A DNA stretch of 64,000 nucleotides, taken from contig MNCI01001040.1 in the NCBI GenBank assembly GCA_015680685.1, positions 245,492-309,491 of the forward strand, read 5' to 3'. Numbering within the stretch: the first letter of the stretch is position 1; each line of letters begins with the position of its first letter. The translations under genes were made by a program, and so were the position numbers. The DNA is from Gnetum montanum. Lineage: Eukaryota; Plantae; Gnetophyta. A model generated the notes under the pieces. The model worked only from the letters and a program-made list of their open reading frames with translations. It had not been told where the DNA came from and made no database searches. Shown one piece after another: positions 50,701 to 64,000 of this stretch.

Positions 50701-53700
50701 TAAACAACAATGATGACCCATGTTTGACACACATGCATTGTGGCTAGGTGATATCTCCTTCATCATGCTCCATTGTTAAGTTTGTTGAATGAAACACATC
50801 TCATTCAATGAGAAAACCAAACTAAGTCTAGCATTGGTAGTGAAGGCCATTGAAGGCTTCTCCATGTGAAAAAAAAGAAAAAAAAAGAGGGAAAGAAAAT
50901 TGCCAAGAAGTTGAAAGACCAATGAAGCCCAAAAGATAGATCAATGGATCCAGAAAAATAAAGGAAGGAGCCTAATGGCCAAAGAAACCTTGAAGTTGAG
51001 TGTTGGTTCCTCAAAAACATTACTAAGTAACCAACACTTTAAAGCAGGAAGTGTGAAGATCACATCGATTAGCCAAAGTATCACTACCATACTGTAACAT
51101 TGATTTCAACATACGAAAATCTTTATTAACCCCTTTGACCACTTCATTGTAATTGAATGTAGCCTTTACCTTATGTCCTCTCATCATCATGAGCACTCTT
51201 TAGCATAGTTTGATAGCTACACAATCAAGCACAAAGAGGAAACATTGTTAATAGACTTGTGGTGGTGTTTTGCATCCTTTGTTGATGTCTCTTAGGTTAA
51301 ACCTCAAAACATCAACAAAGAGGGGCCAATGAAACATCACTAAGAAAATTCATGTTGCAAATTGTAACCTTCACAATTAAACTTGAGGTTAAATTGTATT
51401 GTAAAATATAAGGTTTATAGTTCATAGCCTACAATCTTGCATATTTAAACTTTGTGAGACTAAAGGATGCCTCATAAATTGTTAAAGACTTACTTATAAG
51501 GTGGAAAAAGTTATGTCATGTGTATATTTGGGCTTGGAAAGGTTGAAAATGCGTTAGAAACTACCAAATTTGGATTTTTCATCAGTTTTATGTTGGTCAC
51601 AACCAAAACTAGGCTAGAACTAGCTACAACCAATGTAGGAAATGTTAGTTTTTAATTTTCATAGGAAGACCAACATTATTTTCATAAGACCCAGTGTAGC
51701 TTTTCAAGGCTAGCATTCTTTTGATGAAGGAAATGTATTTTTCAAGGTCAACTTACTTTTTATAGCACTCAACATAGTTTTAATGGCCTTGAGGCATCAA
51801 ACTTATCATACATTAAAAAGTACACTAGAAATGATGGCCTACCACACTTGCAAATTACAATAATCTATTAGAAATCATGGTAGAAATTTTATAGCACCAA
51901 AGTAGACACCAATGATCTATTTAAACCAAATTTAAATATGTTACAAATTTTTTTTTGTAAAATGGAAATTGATCAAGAATTAGAGACTCTTAGAGAAATT
52001 TCCCAATAGCAAAAAGTCAAGCATTTACCCATCATTTTTCAACCAACACCATAGATCCATCTTGAGAACTAGTAAGGGGTTTCATAAATTGAAGCTTAGA
52101 CGCATATGGATCATGCAACCAATAATATAACACTACCTACTAGTTTCACTAGAATTTAAGAATCATTTAGGTAATTCCTTATGCATCTAAGCACACACTT
52201 GTATACCTTTGAACTCTATTCTTATTACATTTTTGTTGTTTTAATAGAAATTGACAGTTCATTTTTTTATGCAAGTTTATTCCAAGTTTGAATTTTTTGC
52301 TTTTTCTTATATTAGATCTACATTCTCTATTAAATTTAATTACACTATTCACATTTCCCAAGTCCTTAAGTGATTGACAAGATTGTCTAGGATACCTTTG
52401 ATCCTCTTTCTTAGAGGCCCTTGGGATTCAAGTTTAAACTATTTGTTGGGAATCTTTTGTTTTCTAGCATTGAGTTTTTCTAGTACAAGAATGTAGCCTT
52501 GGGTAGGTATTACTCTCTTTTATACCAATGTCCATACCATGCTTTATCTCAAAGGGAACAACTTTGCAATGTGATAGATGGAATCAAAAATAAAACTAGA
52601 GAGACTCTTGTAGTTTATGCCCAAGTTATATTGCTAGAAATAAGGGTCTATTGGATCCAAAGGATTACTAATGAAGTGACCAAGGAAGAAGAAGAACTTA
52701 AAAAGTGAGTGTAGAGGAGTACAATAGAGACCCCACCATTTGAAAAAGGAAAGTACGTCTCTACAATCTTGAGGAGGAAGCATCACTGGAAGAAGTCTAA
52801 TAAAGGAAGACCTTGCTAATTCAAAAATCCATCACAAGGATATTGGCTAAATTACACAAAATATGAGACCTATTGGATAAGAAGTTCCAAACTACTCTAA
52901 AGAGTGTGGAAGAGAAAATAGAGTAGGGGAATCAAGATAAGAATAGAAGGAGAATAAAGAATACAAGAAAGAATTACTATCAATAAAAAGGTAAGGCTGT
53001 AGTTGTTGATTAAGTTGTAGATTATGAAATAGAAGAAGAAAGATGTAACATATACCAATATGAACATCCCAAGGGATGTTGTCTTGTATTGTCACATCTA
53101 CAAGAATCTAGGGTCTATGCCTTGAAGCTAAAATTTGCAAAAGGCAACCACCTAGGAGATTGCCTTATCCATAAGGTAATTATTGGTAGTAGTTTCACTA
53201 ATAATAGTATTATCTAAGTGGAGTACCACCTCAACCTTAATATCATTATCATCAATGAAAAAACCCACAGTTGTAGGGGATTCCATTGCTAAGGCAGCAA
53301 TATCCTTACTACCTGCTAGACTTGTATGGATATTATGTCCAACAACCTGTATCTCCTAGTGGCTCTACAAGCCACACTTTTGTTTCCTATCACTATTATC
53401 CCTTTGAATATCATAGATAAACCACTCTATGAGCTAAATATTCTTTCACTTATCATTATTCATTACAATAATTTACACTTTACAATTCTGTTTCTTTGCC
53501 ACCTACACTACTTATGCAAGGTGAAATACCATTGCAACCTTAGCAATGCAGTTCCATGTGAACTATGAACTTACAACTAGATGATAATTCAAGTGGTTCT
53601 AAGCATAAGCCCTAGAAAATGGCTTTCTTCAAACCTAGTAGTTCATCTAAATTCTCACAGGTATCTATGGCTACTAATAATTCATAAACTACTTCAAAAA

Positions 53701-56700
53701 TCACTAACAAGCCTCCTTCAAATCAAAGGTCCTAAAATGTACATACTATCATATTAACTCATGTAGTTATATACTAGATTAAGACAAGACACCTTCACAA
53801 AAGAATATCTAACCTTTAAAGTTCTCTAATTTATTTATAGATTGCAAGAAATGATTCCTGAAAAGCTCTACTAGACTTAGGTTCTATGGTAAACTTAATC
53901 TCACAAGAAATGTATAAAACTTGAAACATACTTTCACTAAAGAAATGTAACATCAGATTAGAGCTTGTTGATCAATACATCACCATTCTCTTGGAACTAG
54001 TGAAGGATATTATCATCGTTGTTTATACATGGTTCTATCCAACAAATTTCTTGGTCATCCATGTAGAAAACTATAAGGGGGACTTTTAAATTATTATGGA
54101 AAAGGCTAGGCTAAGCATAATTGATTCTAAGTTAGGGATCATAGACCTCTCCTTGGAAATCTTTAAGGAAAATAAATTTGAAAAGGTCAAGAAGAAGAGG
54201 GTTCCATGCATCGTGTATAGTGACATAGGGTACTATTGCATTTAGAGAATATGGGCTATTAAGAGCACATCCATCACAACATGCAAGAAGTATGCTGAAA
54301 TAGTAGATGTACAAAGGCACTTATATGCAACAACCACAAAAAAAGAGGGTACACAGTAACTATAATAGATATTAGCTATAGTTCAAAAATATGCATGAAA
54401 ATAGTTGAAATCCTCATAGGTGCTTATATTAATAAGATGAATGAAATGAAGCATAGTTAGAGCCAACTCTTCCACATAGAATATAGGGAAAAAGTAATCT
54501 AGGATAATTCTATACAAGAGCTCCTTGAGTTCAAATCTTTATCATTAACTTTGGAATATGTATTTATTAATAATGATAAATTCGCAATCATTAATGTCAA
54601 CCTCACTAAGGAGAAAAATGAAAAGCTACTAAAAGTAGTAAAAAATGGCCAATAGTCTTTTCTTGGTCATATGATAAATTTATAGGAATAGATCCATGCA
54701 TATGCCAATATCAAATCTATATAGACTCTACTATTAAACCTAAGAGGCATCCACAAAGGAAGTTGAATTCAAAATTAAAGCAATTTGTAAAGAATGAAGT
54801 CAAAAAAATTCTCAAAGTAGGATTCATCTATTTGGTGGCAAAAAGTGAGTGGGTAAGTTTCCTTGTTATTGTGCCAAAGAAATAAGGATAATGAAGATTT
54901 TGTATAGACTTTAGGCTATTGAACATGGCTACATTTAAAGATCATTTTCTATTTCCATTCATCAACCAAGTTTTTAATATAATTATAGGGAATATTTATT
55001 ACAATTTTTTGGATGGGTATAGTGGATATAACTGAATACAAATTTCTCTATAAGATTAGGCCAAAATAACTTTTCAGTCCTTGGGAAACTTTTTCATATA
55101 AGAAGATGCTCTTTGGCCTCTACAATACCTTGGCAACTTTCCAATGCTTAGTTCTAAGCATATTTTAGTAGCAAATTGGTAGTGGTATGGAAGTCTTCAT
55201 AGATGAATTCTTCACTTATGACACTAATTTTGAACAAACATTGGACCATCTTCAATAGATATTAAAATGATGTGTAGAGATAAACTTGCAGATCAATTGG
55301 TAGAAAATCCACTTAATGGTACAAGAATGCATTGTCTTAGGGCATATAATTTTAGGGAAAGAAATTGAGGTGGATCCTAAAAAGTTAAGGACAATCTAGA
55401 AAATAACCAAATAACTCAAACTATTAAATATGTGAGATCAGTCCTTGGTCATACTGGTTACTAGAGACATTGCATTGATAGCTTCTCTAAAATCACCAAC
55501 TCACTAGTAGAGCTTACTAAGAAGGATGCAACTTTTGAATGGACTATGGAGTGAAAAAAGCATTCAAATACTTGATGAAGAAGCTCATAGATACTCCAAT
55601 TCTATGTTTCCTTCATTGATTCAAACCATTTCACATCATGAAAGATGTATTGAACTACATATTGGGAGTAATATTGACACAAATGGATGATTAAAAATGA
55701 CCATATTATATCCATTATGCAAGAACTAGTGTGGATGTCCAACTCAATTACACCAGCATAGAAAAAGAACTCATGATGGTGGTGTATGCCTTAGAAAAAT
55801 TCAAGAAATCTATGCTTGGATACCCAATTTTTGTGCACATTAATTATAATGCAACATGTTTCATGATGAACAAGCTAGTAATAAGTCCTCATGTCATATA
55901 GTGATTGGTGGTCTTACAAGAGTTTTATTTTATCATGATATATAGAAAAGGGACTAAGAATGTAGTTACAAATCATTTGTCTTAGTTAATATGGACTAGC
56001 AAAGATAACAAAGAGCTCTTATTCAATGAATTTGTAGATGAACTTCTCTTTGCTAAGGTAACTGAAGTTTATGCACCAAGGGTTACAAATTGTTTTGATG
56101 AGTTTCTCTCATATCTACTCACATAGGAGATTGATACTAAATGGTATTATAGGAGTAAATAATAGTTTCTTCACTAGGTTAAACACTACACGAAGATTAA
56201 TGTAAACTACTACAAGGTTTGTGTCTATGATGTATACCTGATGCAAATTAATTAAGAGTTCTTCAAGACACTCATGAGGGCCTTTGTAGGGGCCACTATG
56301 TAAGAAGGAGGACAACCACAATGATTCTAATGTAAGATACATTTGGCTAATAATGTTTAGGAACACTCATTCTTTTTTCCATTCTTACAAGAGGTGTTAA
56401 CAAGATGAAGGAATGATAAAAAGAATGGAAGGGTTTCAAAAATTAATTCAATCATTAGAGAATTGACTTCATGAGATCCATCACTTTCATGTCTAGTAGA
56501 AAATTCTACAATATTATTTTCATTGACTACTATACCAAGTGGGCTCAAGCTACAATCATTTCTGATTGTACATATGCTACTATAGCTTACTTTTTTTAAC
56601 AACATGTGGTAAATAGGCTTGGTGTACCTAGATCAATAATTTCTGATAAAGGAACACATTTTATAGGTGCTACCTTTTGCAAGTTAATGCAATGCTTGTG

Positions 56701-57300
56701 TGTACAAAATAAACTCACAACATCCTATCACCCCCAAGCCAATAGTCAAGTAAAGGTAACAAATAGGGAAATCACACAAATTCTAATGCAAACCATCAAT
56801 AGATATTGAAAAGATTAGAGAACTAAAATCAACGATGTCCTTTGGATATATCACTCAACATGGAAACTTCCTATAGACTACTCTTCCTATGATTTAGTAT
56901 ATGGAAAGTTACCCAAACTTATAATTTAAATTGAATACTATACACTGACAACTGCTTGTGAGCATGGCTTAGACATTAACCTAGCTAGATGAAAAATGAA
57001 GAGTAGCTCTAATGCTAAATGAAGTGCACAAGGTACAAAATAAATAATGTCACAACACATAGATCAAGAAAGTCATATTCAAACTAGGAAACAATATTAT
57101 CTATTGGAATCCCATGCATATGTCACAATGAACTAAGTTCTAGATATTATGGAAAGGACCTTACATCATACACTCAAATTGTCCTTCTAAGGCTATGATA
57201 ATTTATCATCCAACAAGCCCCCAACAACACATGTTATTCAACATCCATCAACTCAAACCATTCATAGACTTCTAAGTAACTAGCGATACCACTAACATCA
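44790..57300 (+). pseudogene. gag-pol of D, split by G (44790-46094 and 52496-57300)
   Basis: PR 'ALLDLGSMVNLI' (~53865); RT 'FLDGYSGYN' (~55005) and 'VFIDEF' (~55193); IN 'IISDKGTHF...SYHPQANSQ' (ORF 56606..56809); 'WKGPY' (~57150). Confidence 0.88.
46095..52490 (+). mobile_element. Element G: internally deleted Tat-like Ty3/gypsy element
   Basis: LTRs 46095-47254 and 51330-52490. TSD ATGCA/ATGTA (one mismatch). PBS tgacactagaaggag (decayed TGGCGCTAGAAGGAG, tRNA-Asn type). PPT aaagaggggccaa. Gag 'FTKYNGEGEP' (~48950) and IN C-terminus 'KEGDLVL...NWEGSF' (~50040-50115). Confidence 0.85.
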
Positions 57301-59324
57301 CTAATTAAGAACAAGCTCATTCTATTTTCCAAATCTCCTCCTTTCAACTTAGTCGTGGGGAGATATTCATCTATCATAATATCTTGATGAGGGTCAAATA
57401 TTTTTCTTCTTTTTGTTTTGTTATATTCTTTATATATTTTGTAATTTTGTAATATTTTATTGATTATTTTATATATTTGCTTGTTATTTTCTTATTATTT
57501 TCATTTAGTCTTACTTGAAATCTTTGATTTTGTTCCATGGCTACTATAAATTTTAATAATTTTTGAATGTAGCTATAAAAGTTATAATTGATTAAAAAAG
57601 TCCAACTTTGTTCTTGGATTATGTTCTCTACTGATAGCCTATCATTTTTTTGTGGTATTGGGTAGTGGGTTCACAACATCCACCTATTTGAGTTTGCATC
57701 ATGGGAACATGAAGGTTATTTTACATTAAACTAAAAGTAACATATGATCTAGTTAACCAATGAATTGGGAAAGGATCAAGTGGTAATGAAAAAGGATGTG
57801 ACCTCGAGGAAGTTTGTTTTGTTCTTTTCTCAACTTTCTTGTTTAGTTCTATGACTTCTCATTGGTAAGCATCATTCCTATTATTGACCATAAAAGGAAG
57901 CATGTTACTGTATTGTGTGATTTCCATCAAAAACCATAACAACAAGAATTTAAAAAATACTCCTTTAACAATATTATGAGATGTAAGATTTGGCTTTGGA
58001 ACTAAAAATATGTTATTGATACTTGAAGGGACCCCTGTAACTAGGGTTTTACCTACTTCCTTCTTCTCTTTTCTTCTTTTCTTGGAGTGATGGTTGACCC
58101 TTGTGGTTGTCATAGGTTCTTGATGGTAGAAGAAAAGGAATACATCAATGAGAGATAATTGTAATTGTAATGGACTTGGCCTAAACCTGGAATAGGTATC
58201 AAATCATCTTAATAAAATTTTTTACTAAGGATCCCATGTGATCATGATGTGGCTTATTCATTTATCATTATCTATCTACCATTAATGTATTCCATTTTCT
58301 CTCACCTTACTACCTCATGCCATGGTAAATTGATAATTTTATTTGATACTTTACATAACCCTAAGACAATCCCTTACAAGGATATAAAGTTTAATGTAAA
58401 CCAACCATTCATCATCCTGGGTGCCTATGGACTCCTTGTGATGAGTTTATGCAAAGGCATATGAGGTATAAGCCTACTTTGGGGAGGATAAACTTGCATA
58501 TATTTTGGATTACTTTAAGTTCAATTCTGTAATCAAAGCCCTCATTAAAATCTTGATCATTTCCATTGCTTGAAACATCAAGTTTTTTCTTGACTTAGGC
58601 ATAAGAAACATCCTTCAGTAACTTATATTACATGCTCAAATTACTCCAATGTCTTAAAACATACTCTCAATTGTATTGTTACTAAGATTTTCTAGATTTT
58701 TTCTTTTATTTAGCTCTTGTTTTGATTCAAAAATCATTTAAAATTTCTTGATATCTTAAGTAAAATATATATCCATAAATAGCTACATTAATGCATCCCC
58801 ATTAATGTTCCAAAATTAGTTGACACAACCTTGTTGATGTATCTCCATCGATGTGGCAAAAAAATCATATAAATGCACATGACACTTAGCTCATTTTTGA
58901 CATTTTCTCATAAACACATGAGGATCTTTTGAAATTTTGTAGAGCTCAAGATCTTCCAAGAGTCATAACTTCTCACTTGTTTAACTATTTCACTTGTTCT
59001 TCATTCCTTGAGCTACCAAAGGTATGCTTTACATCATGGGGGTATCAAAGACTAGGTTTTCATAGAAAATTTTTCTATCTAGCCATGGATAAGATATTAA
59101 AATAATATTAAATTAATGATTACAAGAGTTAATATCAACAATCAACCTTCGTTAAAGCATGAATCAAATAATATCAAATGCCTGCGTTCACTAAATAAGG
59201 GCCTAATGATAAAGTTCCCACTTTTGATTCATAAGAAAAACCTAATCATACAAAGGAAGGTATCCAAAGGACACAAAGACCATGCCTAAGAAACTAATCT
59301 TGGATTATGTTTGTGATTGTATAT

Positions 59325-62050
59325 GGTATCTAAGAGAGGATTACAAGAGAGAGGACCAACAAAGCCTAGGGAAAAATGATCATGTGTTGGAAGATACCAA
59401 CAATAACGACTAGAATAATAACCCCAGGAACAAGGAGTTAAGGCAACCCATGTTACTAGGCTCCTAAGAAGCCTAAGGTGAAGCTTTGTCCATTCTAGGT
59501 AAGATGACATCCTAAGACCATGATCTAATCTTAAGGTCACACTCATAGAGGCCTAGCTGGAAAAGGTTGACACCAAGGAAATTCAAAGCTCCATCCTTCA
59601 GGAGCTAAATTTTAAACCATTTCTAGAGCTTGCATTACAAGAGGTTAGAACATAACTCCAAGGGTCTCAACTATGGCCCATTCTCTCCAATAGTAAGAAA
59701 TGGTACATGGGAGAAACTTACCTCTTTTAGAACAACCAAAAAGGAGATTTTACTATTAAAATTAAGGACATCACCATATTCTACTTAGTTGAGAAAATTG
59801 TAGAGGTCCTTAGATTACCCAACACTATAGAAAAATTGACAAAGATGTCTATGAAAGCATATCCAGAAGCCAAGAAAGACTAGATCCAGTGGTGTCATGA
59901 AGTGAAATGTAAGGAGTATGGTATCCTCACCAAGGTGAAGCAAGCATATTTTAAGATTATGACTTATCACCTCAATCCAATGGTGAGGACAAGCAAGGTC
60001 ACAACCTAAGAGAAAAATTTCTAGTCAACCTATTACAACTCATCCTTCTTGAAATAGAGAATAATTTCAAGGAAAATAAGAAGGATAGGAAGACATTTTC
60101 CTTTTCATGTCTTATTAGAAAACTTTATAATAGGAAAGGGATAGCTTGCTATTTTAATGATATGGTTTGTAGATCTCTTATTACATCATGGAAGAAAATG
60201 ATGAAATATAAAATGTCTGCCAAGCTTTAAGAGGAGGAGCCATAACCATCACTACCACCTCCAACAGCAAAGAGAACACTTGAAATGTTGGTAGCTATAG
60301 AGCATCGAAGAAAACTCAAAGAGTAGAAGCTGTAATAATAGCAAGCCTTTAGAGGTGATGGAGAATCTTTAGTATACTAATCAACTATGAGTCATCTAAA
60401 TGAGGTCACAAGGATAATAAGCTAGCTAGATAGTGGGATGATATCATTGTTCTCTTCATAAAGAAATAAAGAATCTATTCACTCCAATCCTACTGCTAGA
60501 GAATTCACTATGTTCATACTAGGACAAGAACTTCCTAAAATTTCTAGCATTGTAGCAACCTTCTCCATAATGCTAGAAGAAGGTGAGGAAACAATAATCC
60601 TGGTTATGCCACACAAGGGGCAAGAGACAATAGAAAAGATGGTGGTAGAGTATATTAGAGAAGATCTAAGTGCTCTTGAAGCATCTATCTTAATGTTATT
60701 TTCATGATATATGTACAAGCACTTCCAAGAGTAGGGAGTAGAAGGAAAAGAATTGCCCCATCATGAAGAAGTGTTGGAATGACTTATGAGAGCTGGGCAA
60801 CTAATTCCAGAGACTTTTGATCTATCAGAAGACATATCAACATCTAGTCATTGCTATTGGAGATAAAGGATAAGCTATTGATGAGTGGTTGTTAAGGTTA
60901 TAGAGCTTAGAGCCTATCTATCTAATTTTATCATTCTCAAGCTAGACATCACTAAAGATGAAGCTTTCTAATAAATTTAGTAGAAATACCAAGAGGTTAA
61001 AAATGCTGAGAAAATGATGATCTTTGAGGCATCATGATTAGAAGCAATGAAAAATTCTAGTGATCATGACCTCTCTTAGGTTTGCAAGGAAAATCTAGCA
61101 CTACTCTAGACAATCATCACCTATGGGATGTTCAGTAGCAGAAGGATCAAATGATGGAATACATTCAGTAGTAGTAGGAACAACTTGCCAAGGTAAACAT
61201 ATACTTGAGAAGATTGTCTATAGAAAATAAGAAGCTCTTGTTGGAGGAGATTTGCACTTTTCATTAAAAGACAATAATTGAGATTGCTACTTGGAAAATT
61301 GATGCCCTAAAATATAAACAAGTTAAGAAACATTATAGAGACTAGGTCAAGATGCTTAAGAAAGTCAATGATAAGGAAATTAAGTTGGCTAAGGCAAAGT
61401 TAAATAAAGCCCTCTAGAAATTTCAATAAAGAGGCGATATGTGGTTTCCCATCTTTTATGGCCTCAATGCATATAACCAAGTAGAGATTTACCTAAAGGG
61501 GTTGAAGATCAAGGATATGACCAAATACATAGATCTTGCTAACCTATGATATGCAAACTTTACAATGTTGATAGTAAGAAGACCCAAAATGGAATTAGCA
61601 AAGCAGGTGATTGGCTCTTACCTTCTCTATAGGATGGAGTTCAAGCTTCACAAAGAGACTAAATAGAATTTGGAAGTGGCCAACATGGAGCTTGAAGTTC
61701 TTAAAAGAAAATTCATTGATCAATGATCTATTATTGAGAACCTAGCATGGAGAATGAGTAACTATGAGGATCTACAAAATCTTGTTCATACATTTGACAT
61801 TGAATGTAAATAACTTGTAGCCTAGTTTGTCAACATGAAGAAATGTTTTCCTATACTGCCATGTCCATGGGATATACTAGAACTAGCTCATCTAGGTGAA
61901 GTAGCTTGGATTATTCATGGTCCACTAGGTAAAAAAGAAATGATGAAGTTACTTCTAAATGCCTTTCAACTTTTGGCAATAGCAAAAAGGCTTCTAGTAG
62001 AGTAGGGACATAATGAAGGACCCTTTGTGCTATAGAAGCCTTCACCTCTA
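59325..62050 (+). pseudogene. ORF3 of D (uninterrupted but heavily decayed)
   Basis: 'LQELNFKPFLEL' and 'WYMGETYLF' (59701), 'FPF.CL' (~60100), and 'DLANL.YAN' (~61530). Colinear with ORF3 of A and B. Confidence 0.75.
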
Positions 62051-62393
62051 GGCATAGTATGAAGATTTCATCCAATCTTTGTCCATCCAACAAGCACTTG
62101 TCAATTTTTGTTAAAGTGTCCAAATTCTTTATAAATTGCACCAATTTTGTATCCATAAAAAATGACACTCATGAGTTGTATTGTTTATTAGAGTACGTTA
62201 GTGAGTTATATACTTCCCCAAATTTTGTAACAAAGTCAGTTCCATTTTTATTTACTCAACAATGAATTTTTAGTTAGTTGTGGAGGTATGATGAAGCATC
62301 AATAAGGTAGCTATGTTAACACATCACATGATTCATTGGTGCATGTGCATTGATGCTAATCCTTGTAAAGAATATATAAGTGCATAGACTAGC

Positions 62394-64000
62394 TTATGAG
62401 TAGCAAGGTACATCTACACCCAACCATATGAATCATAAGCATTCATGCATGATTCGGTTGAATTCCATGGATGGAATTAGTTGTGCATCTGAATTGTTAT
62501 GCTTTGATTGCAGTTTGTTGTCTTCTGACTTAGACTAGTGGTAACGTTGTCACGTATTGTTTAGTCCAAAGAGAGGCATATGATGTTGTCTAATCCTATG
62601 CTGCTCCTAATGATGATAAAGAGATAAATTAATTAAGCTAATGAAAAATGGAGAATATTATCTAAACTAGCCTATGTGCAACCTTGAACTTCATATAACT
62701 ACCACTAGGATTGACAAGCGTACATTAGTGGGTGTGCCAAATGATACACTGCTGGACCATCAAGTACTTACACTTAAGTGCTCTTGATCAAATGTACTCA
62801 TTCTACTTAATGAAAAGAATCATAAAGTGCAATAAATGAAATTATTAACTAAGGAAAATGGTAAATAATTAAAAAATTAACACTTGAAAGCAATAAGAAT
62901 CTAAGTGGATGCTGCAATCATGGAAGTAATTACAATCTTTATTTCCGGTCATGTCACGTGTCCAACTATGACACACTTGAATAAGAGTATTGTATAATTA
63001 CAAACATCATGCTATGGGCATGCAATAGGAATAATAGAAGTTGAATTCAAAAATCTAAGAAAGACTATAAAAAATGGATAACTAAAAACAATGTTTCAAC
63101 CATGCACCCAAGTGTTGTATTTATAGGCTAGCATGGAAGAGATGATATTAGATATCTAACATCATTTCTTGGGACCTAATATTGGGTATCCAATATCAAG
63201 GTTGACATAATGATGAGTCATCATACCCCCATGAATTAATAAAAAATCATCCTCAAGTTAACCAAAATGAGGAACAAGTTCTTTACAAAAATTGGTAGAA
63301 AGGTATGGAATTATTAGCTAACTTAGACAAATAAACAAATGGACTTATACATGCCATAGTGGTGCTTTACAAAAATTGGACACAAAATTATAAGATACAA
63401 CTAAAGGAAGCTCATGTGGTTCCTAGAGGTGGTGGCTCTTCCATCAAGTGCTTCCCTTTGTCACCAAGCTTTTGAAATTTGTAGTGATTAAGCAATGTCT
63501 GCAACTTCTCCTCTTCCATTTTTGGGTTGTGTACCATCTAGGCTATTAGACTGATGTGTGTTTGAACTAGTAATTCCCAAGGGCATGGTGGCTATGGAAA
63601 CATTTTGTTGGCCTTCACATACTAGGCCACAAAGTACCATCGTTCTTTCTCAACGGCCCTAGCTTTTTCTCATAATTCTTGATAATCTGTTAATCTCTTA
63701 GCTAGGTTTGAGGTGACATCCCTTTGTCCATGGTAGTTGGCTTTAACTACCTTCAATTCCAAGTTTTCCACATGGAGCTTTTGCAAAGCATATTTTCTAT
63801 CTACAAATTATTTTTCATACAATGCATAGGTGGTTGCTACATACTTCTCTAGCTTGCTTCTAAGCTAGCCTGTTGTTAACATGGCAAGGTTGGAATATCT
63901 GAGGTTAGCCAATGCCATGTACTCTTTTCAATCCTTAATCTATAGGTCTTTATTTTTTACTTCTACCTAATGGAGTAGAGCATAACTATCCAAGATGGGT
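62394..64000 (-). mobile_element. Element E: 3' end of a minus-strand Athila-like element (3' LTR 62394-63223, PPT 63224-63236, end of ORF3 at ~63415-64000)
   Basis: The reverse complement gives gggggta+TGATGA at 63223. 'DKGKHLMEEPP' (~63430-63465) and 'YMALANLRYSNL' (~63900) match ORF3 of A. Confidence 0.85.

Larger units (their letters stand above)
37745..62393 (+). mobile_element. Element D: old full-length Athila-like element carrying F, G and E; 3' LTR interrupted
   Basis: 5' LTR 37745-38195 plus 44233-44659 (TGATGAAGCA...GCTCATCA), with PBS-like ttggcattgttaataggga. The 3' LTR start TGATGAAGCA at 62289 follows PPT agttgtggaggta. Internal order is colinear with B. Confidence 0.85.

Overview
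AT-rich, CpG-depleted eukaryotic DNA, most likely a large land-plant genome. The window is almost entirely nested, decayed retroelements, with two large N gaps. I see no host gene, RNA gene or CRISPR array, and most entries in the ORF track are spurious or fragments of broken TE genes. Reconstructed left to right: (A) 3' part of a young Athila-like Ty3/gypsy element lacking pol (1-6051), inserted into (Cop1) a minus-strand Ty1/copia element (6052-10988), which is itself inserted in an L1-type LINE fragment (~10989-12520). Next is (H), a Tekay/Del-like chromovirus 5' LTR+gag+protease (~12540-16977), followed by a probable second Tekay-like LTR that hosts (B) and (D). (B) is a full-length Athila-like element (17172-37473, TSD ATTTT) containing (C), a gag-only Athila derivative (26959-34192, TSD CTTCT), which contains a family-A solo LTR (30524-31295, TSD GTTTT). 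(D) is a second full-length Athila-like element (37745->62393). It carries (F) a gag-only SIRE-like copia in its 5' LTR (38196-44227, TSD CATAA), (G) an internally deleted Tat-like gypsy in its gag (46095-52490), and (E) a minus-strand Athila-like element in its 3' LTR (62394->64000). The most interesting signals are in the Athila-like group: a long extra 3' ORF with coiled-coil character, preceded in three families by an internal copy of that family's own LTR U3 motif; a conserved non-coding spacer; extra PPT copies; and two pol-less derivatives that share a deletion junction. All alignments and translations were done by eye.
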